In this document: positions 47,344 to 56,665 of the stretch, one piece after another
How positions within the stretch are numbered: the stretch's first letter is position 1
Layout of the letters: the number at the start of each line of letters is the position of its first letter
Assembly: GCA_965237955.1 (NCBI GenBank)
Contig: OZ250169.1
Coordinates: 4,800,001-4,864,000 of the forward strand
Reading direction: 5' to 3'
DNA from: Candidatus Marinacidobacterales bacterium
Lineage (GTDB): Bacteria; Acidobacteriota; Vicinamibacteria; Marinacidobacterales; SMYC01
Length of the DNA stretch: 64,000 nucleotides
The notes under the pieces: generated by a model
The model's database searches: none
Told to the model about the DNA's origin: nothing
Seen by the model: the letters and a program-made list of their open reading frames with translations, nothing else
Program-made: the position numbers and the translations under genes

Positions 47344-47727
47344 CTATTCCTTCGGAACCGGTCGCGGCTTGCGCTCGTCATCGATCGCGACGAACGTAAA
47401 CACGCCTTCCGTGACTTTGACGCTTTCTCCTTTGCGGTCCCGGAGCACCCAGGCTTCGACATGGATGGTCATTGACGTCGTACCGATGCTCTCGATGTCT
47501 GTATAGACGCACAAGATATCGCCGACGTAGACGGGGAGCTTGAAGATCATTCCGTCGATGGCGACGGTGGCAGCGCGTCCTTGTGAGCGCAGGCTCGCTG
47601 CCATCCCCGCGGCGATATCCATCTGCGAGATCACCCAGCCTCCAAAAATATCGCCGTTCGGGTTCGCGTCTCGCGGCATCGCCAGTGTGCGCAGCGACAA
47701 CTGCCCTCGCGGTTCCTCAGAGCTCAT
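47344..47727 (-). CDS. yciA: Acyl-CoA thioesterase (hotdog fold)
   Basis: MPRDANPNGDIFGGWVISQMD, FTFVAID. Confidence 0.85.
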   Translation of the reverse strand: MSSEEPRGQLSLRTLAMPRDANPNGDIFGGWVISQMDIAAGMAASLRSQGRAATVAIDGMIFKLPVYVGDILCVYTDIESIGTTSMTIHVEAWVLRDRKGESVKVTEGVFTFVAIDDERKPRPVPKE

Positions 47728-47758
47728 ATATCGGTTTCCTCTGTGACGGGTTTCCATG

Positions 47759-48338
47759 TCAGCCCAACTCGTCGAGCGTCAGCTTGAAGCTCGGAACGAA
47801 CGTTTCCATGAAGTAGGTCACCTCGGGGAGGTCGATGGCGATGGCGTTCACGGTCTTCCGGAGCGATTGCTCGGCCTGTGAGAACTCGGTGTTGCCCGCC
47901 GCGGTCTCTTCCAGGCATTTGATGTACGCGCACAGCTTGTCGGCGGCCTTGACGATGTGAACGTGCTCGTTGTCGTTCGGTACGAGGACATCGCGGTAGT
48001 CCGTCGTCAGCTCATCCGGGACCATGTCCACGAGTCTCTCGGCCGCCGAGGCTTCGATAGCGTGATATGCCTTCTGAATGTCTGGATTGAAGTACTTGAT
48101 GGGCGAGGGGAGGTCGCCAGTGAGAACCTCGCTTGCGTCGTGATACAGCGCGAGGACCACGACGGCGCTCCGGATTCACCGAGCCTTCGAACCGGCGGTT
48201 CCGGATGAGCGCAAGCGCGTGCGCAATCTGCGCCACTCGGAGGCTGTGCTCTTGGACGTTCTCCGAGTAGGTGTTATGCATCAAGCCCCACCGCCTGATG
48301 AACTTCATCCGCGAGAGGTAAGCGAAGAAGTGGCTCAC
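47759..48338 (-). pseudogene. yfbR: 5'-deoxynucleotidase (HD domain), frameshifted near 48165
   Basis: [26 protein letters not shown] in one frame; [18 protein letters not shown] and KAADKLCAY in another. Confidence 0.8.
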
Positions 48339-48520
48339 AGCTCCTCCACGTGTTTCGCCAAACTCTCGAGCTGGCCGCGCAGAACCCCGTCGACGGCTCC
48401 GGCGAGGGAGCCCGAGCCCGCCTCCGGCGGAGTAGTATCCACCGACCACGTACGTCAGCGTGATCTGCGTGCCGTCGCCCGAGGCTAATAGACCCCACAT
48501 GGGTCCGATTCTATAACGGT
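48335..48520 (-). pseudogene. C-terminal remnant of an SRPBCC-like gene
   Basis: [13 protein letters not shown]...(frameshift)...[16 protein letters not shown]; stop overlaps the yfbR start. Confidence 0.45.
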
Positions 48521-48592
48521 GGCGTCGTCGTGTCAGAGCGGCAGGTATCGAACTTGTCTGGCCCATTCGTTCTCAAGGCTGCATGGTGACGA

Positions 48593-49666
48593 TTAAAGCC
48601 GAATCCCGAGAAGCGACACGACGTGCGAGATGCGGTTCACGATGGTGACCCCGTCGCCGCCGGCGAACAGAAGGCCGCCTACGAATCCGTCTTCGTCGAC
48701 GACAGCGGAGCCGGAATCTCCACCTTGTGAGAAGTCGCCGCTGTCGGCGCGGATGACGAATTGATCGCCGAACGTGGCGATGCCTTTGCCGGTGCCGTAG
48801 TCCACCTGGCTGGTTGCGCTCACGGTCTCGACGGTGCCGGTTGTTGTCTCGGTGGTTCGGCCCGCCTTGATGACGCGATCGCCAAGGTCGAGATCGCGAA
48901 AACCCTGAATCTCGCCGATTGCCGGGATCTCGAGGTCGACCCAATCCTCGAGAAGAACACGCGCTATGGCGGCGTCCACGAGGTTCGGCTCGGGCTGGTC
49001 GATGACGTTCGGTCGGGCGACGACGAGCCGGTAGGGGCAACCGAGCATCTTGGCGATGGCGTTCGCGGGCCACTTCCAGAGCTTCCAGCCGAACGCTGCG
49101 GAGGATTTCTTGCCGCCGTTCCCGTTCCCACTATCGAAGCGGATGCGGACGTACTCCGTAAGCCGAGCGAACCTGTCGTTGTCCGTCCCGCCGTCGGCAC
49201 GGCCGGGCTGGCGGATGAAATCGCCGAGGACGGCGTCGTTGCTGTTGGCGATGACGTGGTTGTTGGAAAGGATATAGTGCTCGTCGCCCGGGCCGCGATG
49301 GACCCACGCGCCCAGGGTACCCGCCGTGACCTGGGGATGGCCGACGGAATAGCCGGGAGGGCACGGACGACGCTTTTGCGTCAAGGACTGCGTGCCGACA
49401 TCCATCACGTCGGCGAGTGCCTTGATCTCACCGTACTCGATGACGTCGGTGTCGACGCCTCCAATGCTGCGCGCGATGAGCTCCCCCGCTGGAACCTGCG
49501 CCTCGGGGAGCTTTTTCTTGACGCCTATGACGATGCAGACCTCGTCGGTGCGGACGCCACCTTTGTATTTGAAACCGATACCGATCGAAACGACGTTGGG
49601 GTGGGACTTCAGCTGAGTCTCAGCATCGGCACAGGCCGTACGATGTGCTTTCGTGACCTTCGCCAT
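48593..49666 (-). CDS. Nal1-like trypsin-fold serine protease
   Basis: N-terminal NVVSIGIGFK...TDVIE domain; AGTLG, LSNNHV (His), VDAAIA (Asp), GGDSGS (Ser); no signal peptide. Confidence 0.78.
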   Translation of the reverse strand: MAKVTKAHRTACADAETQLKSHPNVVSIGIGFKYKGGVRTDEVCIVIGVKKKLPEAQVPAGELIARSIGGVDTDVIEYGEIKALADVMDVGTQSLTQKRRPCPPGYSVGHPQVTAGTLGAWVHRGPGDEHYILSNNHVIANSNDAVLGDFIRQPGRADGGTDNDRFARLTEYVRIRFDSGNGNGGKKSSAAFGWKLWKWPANAIAKMLGCPYRLVVARPNVIDQPEPNLVDAAIARVLLEDWVDLEIPAIGEIQGFRDLDLGDRVIKAGRTTETTTGTVETVSATSQVDYGTGKGIATFGDQFVIRADSGDFSQGGDSGSAVVDEDGFVGGLLFAGGDGVTIVNRISHVVSLLGIRL

Positions 49667-49711
49667 GCCCGGACCATACACCAAGCACGGTCGTGGCGTG
49701 TGTGACCGAGA

Positions 49712-51047
49712 TCAACTCGGGCGCCACATCGTATTGATCACCAGCGGCAAGTCGATCGGATCGTAACCCCACTTCGGCTGGCCTTCCCAACCCTCGAGCT
49801 CGATATCCGTAAGCGGTTTGTCGGGCGGTTTCGGCGGTGACGGAACTTCCGGTATCACCCATCCCCTGGAATGCGTGAAACGAAACTTGCCGTCGGCGAG
49901 CATCTCGACACGATAATCGCCATCGTGAACCAAATGATGGTGGTAACTTGCAGAGGTTGCAAAGATTTCGGAGCTTGGTCCCACCTCCCTCCGCCCAGAA
50001 CTCGAGGTGATGGCCCTGCACGAACTTGCTGTGACAGCCCGGCCACACGCATGTGGGGTCGCGAGCGTCGAGAGCGCGCCGAATCGCGGGTGGGATCTTC
50101 CTGGTTTTGCGCCCGACGTCTAGCACGTTGCCTTTCTCGTCGTGTTTCATCTCGACGATCGACGCGTCGCACGCGATCCGTCGAGACGTTTCCGCAGAAA
50201 CGCCGATCCCGCCTTCCAAAGCGGATTGACCGGGCTGTTCTGGGTCCTCGAGTACCTGCTGGTCGATATGGACGACCACTTGATAGCGGTCCGCGCTGTT
50301 GCCGGGGTCTAGCTCTGTCTTCAAAGCGGCTTCCGCGATGAGCTTCAACGCTTCGACCCGCCGATGCTCTAGTGACCGTCTCCTGTCATCCTTATAGAGA
50401 ACGTCCGATGCCGCTTCGAGCGCTTTGACGACGACCGCACCAACCTCCGCCGGTAATCTGCCCTTGATCACGACCATCCCGTCGTCGTCTACGTAGGTCG
50501 TGAGGCTCGCGTGGTCTTGCTGGTAGTTGGCGTGGTCTTTTTCCGCCTGGAGGTCGACTTTGCGCCAGGCGCGGACAATGCGCTCGACCTGACACGCCGT
50601 TCCGCCGAGCGCGATGGTGAGCAATGGCTCCTCGTTGTTCGGCGTCGCCACGCGCGTCACCGCGCGCACTTTCGAGTAGGAGATCTCACCCTTGCTCATG
50701 GACTCGCTGATGAGGGGCAAGTTCGCCAAAGCGCGGGCCACCCGGATTTTCTCGCGAGCCGCTCCGGCATTGAGGCCGACGCGCCACGACAGCCAGTGAG
50801 CGCATGTCTTGCAGCCCTGTTGCGCCCAACCACCTTTCTCATCGAACTCGCGGAGCAGCACCAACAGCCGGTAATCGGCTGACTGGAGCTGGGCGGAAAG
50901 TGCGGCAATCTCCTCGGCGAGCTCGTCGTTGCGCAAGTATTCCTCGCCGTACGTGGGTTGCCTCATGGGTTCCAAGTTGGCCGGAAACTGCCTCGTTGGC
51001 GGGTAGATTTCTATGTCTTCCGTTAGGTGTATCTTAAGTGTAAACAT
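49712..51047 (-). pseudogene. DUF222 / HNH endonuclease, frameshifted in the HNH motif
   Basis: AHWLSWR, ISYSKVRA, RIACDA, LDVGRKTR, RD..C.WPGC, HH, NL..LC; a +1 shift near 49947 puts YHHHLVH in another frame. Confidence 0.8.
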
Positions 51048-51203
51048 GACGTAAAGTCAAATCAGGCAGCTAGTTAACTTCTCTACTTGTTTGCACTTGC
51101 GGGAGATTTTTTGTTTCTTTTTTACCCACTTCAGAACTTTGCCGACAGGATCAACGGGTCCGAGCACTAGGCGAGGTACAATCCCGCGATTTCGATGACG
51201 AGC

Positions 51204-51299
51204 ATGAACCTGTGGCTGGTGACGCGCTGGGACGACGTCGAGCTCCACGGCTTCGAGTTCCGTGGCCCCAAGGCGCTGAACGTACGATGGGATGTGTGA
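51204..51299 (+). pseudogene. Cytochrome P450 remnant (both ends only)
   Basis: MNLWLVTRWDDVE (P450 N-terminal WLVTR.DDV) joined directly to LHGFEFRGPKALNVRWDV* (P450 C-terminal FRGP..L.V). Confidence 0.6.
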
Positions 51300-51317
51300 C
51301 CGGATATGGAGGTGACC

Positions 51318-52259
51318 ATGCGAACTGTTTTTGTGATCGGTGTGCTGGCGTTGGCATTTCCCACGTTCGCGCAGGAACCGCTTCAGATTACGCTGCTCGG
51401 AACGGGGAACCCACGGCCGTCGATGGAGCGTTTCGGCCCTTCGATCCTCGTCGAGGCGGGCGAGACCGACATCCTCATCGATGTCGGCCGCGGCGCCATC
51501 CAGCGTCTGTTCCAGATCGGAGCCGCTCAGCAGATCCGTGACGTCGACATGGTGTTGTTCACTCATCTCCATTCGGATCACATCGTGGGCTTTCCCGACT
51601 TCTGGCTCACCGGTTGGGTCTTCGGTCGCGACCGGCCGCTTCCGGTGATGGGCCCTCCCGGTACGAAATCCATGTGCGACCACCTCGATCAAGCGTTCAC
51701 GTTCGACAGGAAGGTCCGCGGCCGTGACGCGAGGTTTCAGAGCGAAGGCATCGTTCTGGAGACAAAAGACGTCGAGCCTTCTCTCATCTATGAGTCCGGC
51801 GGGCTCACCATCACGGCGTTCGAGGTCGACCACGGCGACGGGATTGCGCCCGCCTACGGCTACCGCGTTGACTACAGCGCGTACTCGGCTGTGTTCTCCG
51901 GAGACATGAGATACGACGAGCGCATCATCGAGCACGCCAAAGGCGTCGACGTTCTCGTCATGGAAGTGATCAGCGCGGAAGTCGAGATGCGCCGTGCGCA
52001 GGTCCAGGGCCCTCTGGCTGTCGAGAAGGTCATCGCCCACCACATCAGTGAGGAACAGGCCGGATCGATTTTCGCGCGCGTCGAGCCGCGCCTTGCGGTC
52101 TACTCCCATATCGCGCCGTCGCCGGCGATCGCCGAGGATCTGATTCCACCCACACGCCGCACCTACGACGGACCCTTGGCCGTGGGTTATGACCTGATGA
52201 AAATAACGATCGGCGAGACCGTCGAGGTTCACCCGAGACGAATCATCAGCGACAAGTAA
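51318..52259 (+). CDS. Secreted MBL-fold hydrolase (RNase Z / AtsA-like)
   Basis: Signal peptide, LLGTGNP, THLHSDH, EVDH, SGD. Confidence 0.85.
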   Translation: MRTVFVIGVLALAFPTFAQEPLQITLLGTGNPRPSMERFGPSILVEAGETDILIDVGRGAIQRLFQIGAAQQIRDVDMVLFTHLHSDHIVGFPDFWLTGWVFGRDRPLPVMGPPGTKSMCDHLDQAFTFDRKVRGRDARFQSEGIVLETKDVEPSLIYESGGLTITAFEVDHGDGIAPAYGYRVDYSAYSAVFSGDMRYDERIIEHAKGVDVLVMEVISAEVEMRRAQVQGPLAVEKVIAHHISEEQAGSIFARVEPRLAVYSHIAPSPAIAEDLIPPTRRTYDGPLAVGYDLMKITIGETVEVHPRRIISDK

Positions 52260-52263
52260 CGAC

Positions 52264-53313
52264 ATGCGGGTGCTCCACGTAAGCGACCGCCTCACGGAAC
52301 GAGGTGGCGCGTATTGGCACCTGCTCGGGCTCGTCGCGAAGCAGTCGAACGACCCGGATTTCGACGTTCACTTGGCTGTCGGCCGCGATGACGGTGTGGT
52401 TCCCGCACAGTGCGCCGTCACCGAGCTACCCGGGCTCGAGTCACGAACCCGCGTGCCCGTCGACCTCGCGCCGCTCGTCGGCGAGCTCCGTCCGGACGTC
52501 GTTCATGTGCATACCGTCACGAACCCCGAGGTGCTCGAGCAGGCGGGCCGTCTCGACGGCGTCACGAAAGTTCTCACGGTTCAAGACCATCGCTTCTTCT
52601 GTCCGGGGAAAGGGAAGTGGACCGAAGATGGCGAGGTCTGCTCCGAGCGCATGTCCGAGGAGCTATGTACGAAGTGCTTTGCGACTGAGGATGACGCTTA
52701 CTACCGGGAGATTTTGACGCTCACAAAAGAGCGGTTCGAAGCGCTGAAGCGTTTTCGCGTCGTCGTGCTTTCCAACTACATGAAGCGCGAGCTCGGGCTC
52801 CCTGGCGTTCATGTCATCCCGCCGTTCGTACACGGCCTCGATGCGAACGTCGCGCCCGACGGACCGCCGTGCGTTCTGTTCGCGGGGCGGCTCGTCGAGG
52901 CCAAAGGCGTTCTCGACGCGATCGAGGCGTGGAAGCGTTCCGGTGTCGAGTTGCCTCTCGTTCTCGCGGGCACGGGGACGTTGCGCGACGAGCTCGAAGG
53001 CTGCGAAGTACTGGGCTGGGTGCCTCGCGAACGCATGGCGGCCCTCTACCGACGCGCCGCCGCCGTGCTCATGCCGTCCCGCTGGCAGGAACCGTTCGGT
53101 ATCGTGGGACTCGAGGCCTTGACCATGGGAGCTCCGGTGGTGGCGTGGGAAAGCGGCGGTATCTCGGAGTGGCATCCAGGCCCGCTCGTACCATGGGGTG
53201 ACGTCGACGCGCTCGCGTTCGAGCTGCGGACGGCTATCGGAACGCGCGCCGAGCCACCGAGTGGCTTCGACGCAGAAGCTCTCATGCTCCGTGTGGCGAC
53301 CCTGTATGGATAA
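52264..53313 (+). CDS. Glycosyltransferase family 4
   Basis: FAGRLVEAKG, PSRWQEPFGIVGLEA. Confidence 0.85.
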   Translation: MRVLHVSDRLTERGGAYWHLLGLVAKQSNDPDFDVHLAVGRDDGVVPAQCAVTELPGLESRTRVPVDLAPLVGELRPDVVHVHTVTNPEVLEQAGRLDGVTKVLTVQDHRFFCPGKGKWTEDGEVCSERMSEELCTKCFATEDDAYYREILTLTKERFEALKRFRVVVLSNYMKRELGLPGVHVIPPFVHGLDANVAPDGPPCVLFAGRLVEAKGVLDAIEAWKRSGVELPLVLAGTGTLRDELEGCEVLGWVPRERMAALYRRAAAVLMPSRWQEPFGIVGLEALTMGAPVVAWESGGISEWHPGPLVPWGDVDALAFELRTAIGTRAEPPSGFDAEALMLRVATLYG

Positions 53314-53340
53314 ATACATAAAAGACATTAAAATGTAAAA

Positions 53341-53661
53341 ATGCGGACGACGATAGAAATCCCCGACGAGCTGCTTCGGCAGACAAAAGCTCGCGCAGCG
53401 CTTCGCGGCATGAAGCTCAAGGAGCTCGTCGCGGAGGCTCTCGAAGCGGCCCTCCACTACCCGAGCGGCGCGCCTTCGTCCTCGCGCGTCGCGGACGGGG
53501 CGGAAGAAGAGGCGAATGTGCTCGTGCTGGCCGACAATTGCGTATTCCCCCTCATCCGAGGCGACTGTGGACCGGCGATGCAAGACGCCACTGGTGAGAA
53601 GCTGAACGAGATCCTCGAGGAGGAGGAGGTTGAGCGCGCGATCGGTTCTCGCCGACGTTAA
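53341..53661 (+). CDS. vapB: RHH antitoxin (VapB-like)
   Basis: MRTTIEIPDELLRQTK..AA; overlaps the PIN toxin gene. Confidence 0.7.
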   Translation: MRTTIEIPDELLRQTKARAALRGMKLKELVAEALEAALHYPSGAPSSSRVADGAEEEANVLVLADNCVFPLIRGDCGPAMQDATGEKLNEILEEEEVERAIGSRRR

Positions 53662-54085
53662 CATCTGGTTGGCCACGATCGTCGACGCTCATCCACATCA
53701 CGAAGCGGCGCGGCGGTGGTGGTCGGACGAGCTGTTGCCTTTGGGAACGCCTCTAGGGGGAAAGGTATCGTTCTGCCGGGTCACCCAGCTCGGGCTGTTG
53801 CGCCTACTGACGAACGAAGCCGTCATGGGAAAAAAGCGGCAGAGCGTGCCGGAGGCGTGGGAGACCTACCGTCAGCTCCTCGCGCAACCTCCGGTCGTCT
53901 ACCTCGATGAGCCACACGGGCTCGAAGCGGCAATGCACGAGCTCTGCCGCGGCAGGCGCTCTTCGAAAAACTTCTGGACCAACGCCTATTTGGCCGCTTT
54001 CGCTCGAGCGAGCGCCGTGCCATTCGCCACTTTCGACCGCGGCTTTCGCAAGTTCTCCGGCGTGGACGTGATGCTCTTGTCTTGA
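53630..54085 (+). CDS. vapC: PIN-domain toxin
   Basis: LADVNIWLA, HPHH, GLLRLLTN, AYLAAFA, ATFDRGF. Confidence 0.82.
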   Translation: MSARSVLADVNIWLATIVDAHPHHEAARRWWSDELLPLGTPLGGKVSFCRVTQLGLLRLLTNEAVMGKKRQSVPEAWETYRQLLAQPPVVYLDEPHGLEAAMHELCRGRRSSKNFWTNAYLAAFARASAVPFATFDRGFRKFSGVDVMLLS

Positions 54086-54196
54086 CGCGAAGCCCACACG
54101 CGCGCCTCGCCTTTGACGACTCTTAGTGCAGCCGACGGTCACTTTGCGCTCCGAGTAGCGATAGCGAAATCGAAAATCCACCCGTAAACTAATTGG

Positions 54197-55077
54197 ATGC
54201 TTCGTTTCGCACTCGCTCTTGGCACTGTTGTTGTCGGGCTCGCGCTGGCCGAGGACTCCGCGCCGCGCGTCACCACGCTCGATCTCGACGACGACCTGCC
54301 GTCGCGCGGACGCCTCGGTGGTGTCAGCGTCGACGATAACGGCTTCATCTACGTCTCTGACTTCGGAAGCACCATCTGGCGCATCTCGCCCGAGGGAGGT
54401 GTCGAAGTCGTCGATAACTCGCTCCGGGGATCATCGGGGAACACCGTCGACAGAGCGGGAAACCTCTATCAAGCGAGCTTCCGCGACAACCGCATCGTCC
54501 GCATCGACAAGACCGGCCAGCTCGAGACCTATGTCTCCGACGGCCTCGATGGTCCGATTGGCATCACCGTCGACGGCTCGGGAAACCTCTACGTGTGCAA
54601 CTGCTCCGGGAACTTCATCGCCAAAGTCGATGGCAGCGGACGCGCAACCCGCTTCGCGGAGAGCCCGACTTCGATTGCCCCAGCGGGATCACGTTCGATC
54701 CGAGTGGCGATTTCATCGTAGCAAGCTTCAACAACGGCTATCTCGTCCGCGTCTCTCCCGACGGGGAAGCCGAAACGTGGGTGGAGGTGCCGGAGGGACG
54801 CAACGCCCACGTCGCGGCAACGGAGCACGGGCTCTATGTGACGAAGATCGAATCGAACCGCATCTACCGGATCGATCGCGCCGGAACCATCGAGGCGTTC
54901 GCCGGCACGGGCGAGCTCGGCCTGGATGACGGGCCCGTGCTCGAGGCGACGCTCGCGCGTCCGAACGGCATCGCCGTGTCACCGGATGGGCGAGCGCTCT
55001 ACGTCAACAACCTCGAAGGCCCCTGGCGAAGCTCCGAGCCCACGAACATCATCCTGCGTCGCATCGAGCTTCCTTAG
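54197..55077 (+). pseudogene. Secreted NHL / SMP-30 beta-propeller protein, frameshifted near 54665
   Basis: Repeats GITVDGSGNLYV and PNGIAVSPDG in two frames; one missing C in agcccgac breaks FAESPDFDCP (may be a sequencing error). Confidence 0.7.
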
Positions 55078-55132
55078 TTCGTCGGCACGAGGCGCTCGAG
55101 CTCCTGAAACCAGGGTCGAAAAACATCTATCG

Positions 55133-56410
55133 TCATGCTGGATCTCCCCGTAGAGAAGGCTCGATGTGATATCCGAGTTTGCGCAGGTCGCGGATCATAT
55201 TGGCAATGCGTCGTTTGGAGCGCGCGCGGCTAACGTCGGGGCCACGTTCCTCATAGTCAACGCCCTGGTGGAGAATCTTCCAGATTAAACGACACAACCG
55301 ATGGGCAACGGCCCAGATGGCTTGCGCGTGCCCCAGGCGTGGAACCAACCGCCGGTACACGAGCTGGAAGAAACTCCCTTTGGTCTTGACGGCCGCGTTG
55401 GCGGCTTGATTGAGGAGGCGGCGCATCGGCCGACTGCCTTTGGGCGAGCGATGGCTGTAGCTTTTGCCGGCGCTTTCGTGCTCTCCGGGGCACACGCCCA
55501 CCCAGGACGCGAGGTGCTTGGCCGACGGAAACGTCTCGGCGCTCGCCCCGACTTCCGCGATGATCTGCTGCGCCGAATCCACGCCGAGCCCAGGCACTTC
55601 AGCGAGTCGTTGCACAGCTGCTTGATGCTCGCCGAGCAGATGCGCCATCTCTTCATCGAGTTGCGCGCTCTGCTCTTCGAGCAATCGTAATTCCTCGAGC
55701 GTCATTTGCACGAGCTTCCGATAGACGGGGTTGAGATCGGCACACGCGCCGAGCGCATCGCACAACTGCTCGGGCGTGGCACGCAATCGACGGTCGGCCA
55801 ACTCCGCCAAGCGGGCCGGCTCCGTTTCCCCGTCCGCCAAGGCTTGCAACATCTGCCGCGCACTCAGCCCCAGAAGATCCGACACCAGGCTCGACAACTT
55901 TAGATGCGCTTCCTCCAGCAACGACTCTAGGCGGTTTTGGAGCTGAACCCGGTTACGCGTGAACTGGTACTTGCGGCGCATCACCGTTCGCCACAGGCGC
56001 TGCTCCGGCTCGGGAACGAAGCTTAGAGTCAGCTCCTGCGCCACCAAACGCTTCACCAATCGTTCGGCATCCGGAAAATCCCGCTTCCGACCCCGCGCGC
56101 CGCGATTCGACTTTGCTTGCGCCAGATGCAAGTTGCCCGACTGCGCACCCGCGCCCGGCCGAGCTCGGCACTGCGGAGCCCAGGACCGCTCCAACGCCTC
56201 CCACACCGGGCGCCAATATTGCGCGGTCGATTCCATCACTACTTCATCGACCCCCTCGGCCACCAGCCACTCCGCCAGAGCCCGAAGCTCACTCGGTCTC
56301 GTGCCCACACGCCGGCGCGAAAACTTATACTCGCCCTCTACTGCGATGTCGGCGACCACCACCGCCAGCATCTTCTTGTGAACGTCTATCCCAGCAATCC
56401 GGTTTGGCAT
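55133..56410 (-). CDS. IS110 transposase/recombinase
   Basis: GIDVHK, VMESTAQYW, KRDFPDA, VPGLG, ESAGK, AVAHRL. Confidence 0.93.
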   Translation of the reverse strand: MPNRIAGIDVHKKMLAVVVADIAVEGEYKFSRRRVGTRPSELRALAEWLVAEGVDEVVMESTAQYWRPVWEALERSWAPQCRARPGAGAQSGNLHLAQAKSNRGARGRKRDFPDAERLVKRLVAQELTLSFVPEPEQRLWRTVMRRKYQFTRNRVQLQNRLESLLEEAHLKLSSLVSDLLGLSARQMLQALADGETEPARLAELADRRLRATPEQLCDALGACADLNPVYRKLVQMTLEELRLLEEQSAQLDEEMAHLLGEHQAAVQRLAEVPGLGVDSAQQIIAEVGASAETFPSAKHLASWVGVCPGEHESAGKSYSHRSPKGSRPMRRLLNQAANAAVKTKGSFFQLVYRRLVPRLGHAQAIWAVAHRLCRLIWKILHQGVDYEERGPDVSRARSKRRIANMIRDLRKLGYHIEPSLRGDPA

Positions 56411-56632
56411 CGCTCCTCCTCATCGCCGCAGCGGAGCGCGTGCTAATCAACTTCATTAATCAGGATCTCAGGCTCGCACCGTGGACAAAGCGCTCACGGC
56501 GACGCCTACTTATTCGCTCTACCAACGCACACGCCGGATCAGCCAGTTGAACGGTCTCAACGGCCCCACTGGTTCGTCGATCTCACCGCTCCGGACCGCA
56601 CCAGTCTGCCTTAACCGGAAATGTTTTTCATG
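56411..56632 (-). ncRNA. Candidate IS110 bridge RNA region
   Basis: Non-coding segment inside the element, upstream of the recombinase, where IS110-group bridge RNAs are encoded. Structure not verified. Confidence 0.45.
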
Positions 56633-56665
56633 TTCTTTCGCGAGCTGCGTCCATCACATCCCCAC

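Larger units (their letters stand above)
55111..56640 (-). mobile_element. IS110-family element (ends approximate)
   Basis: DEDD recombinase plus ~230 bp upstream non-coding region; 9-bp inverted repeat GAAAAACAT (55118-55126) / ATGTTTTTC (56621-56629); no TSD found. Confidence 0.75.

Noticed and set aside
54661-54670. Programmed frameshift in the NHL-repeat gene (also considered for yfbR and the HNH gene)
   Set aside because: No slippery heptamer or stimulatory structure; mutation or sequencing indel is the simpler explanation.
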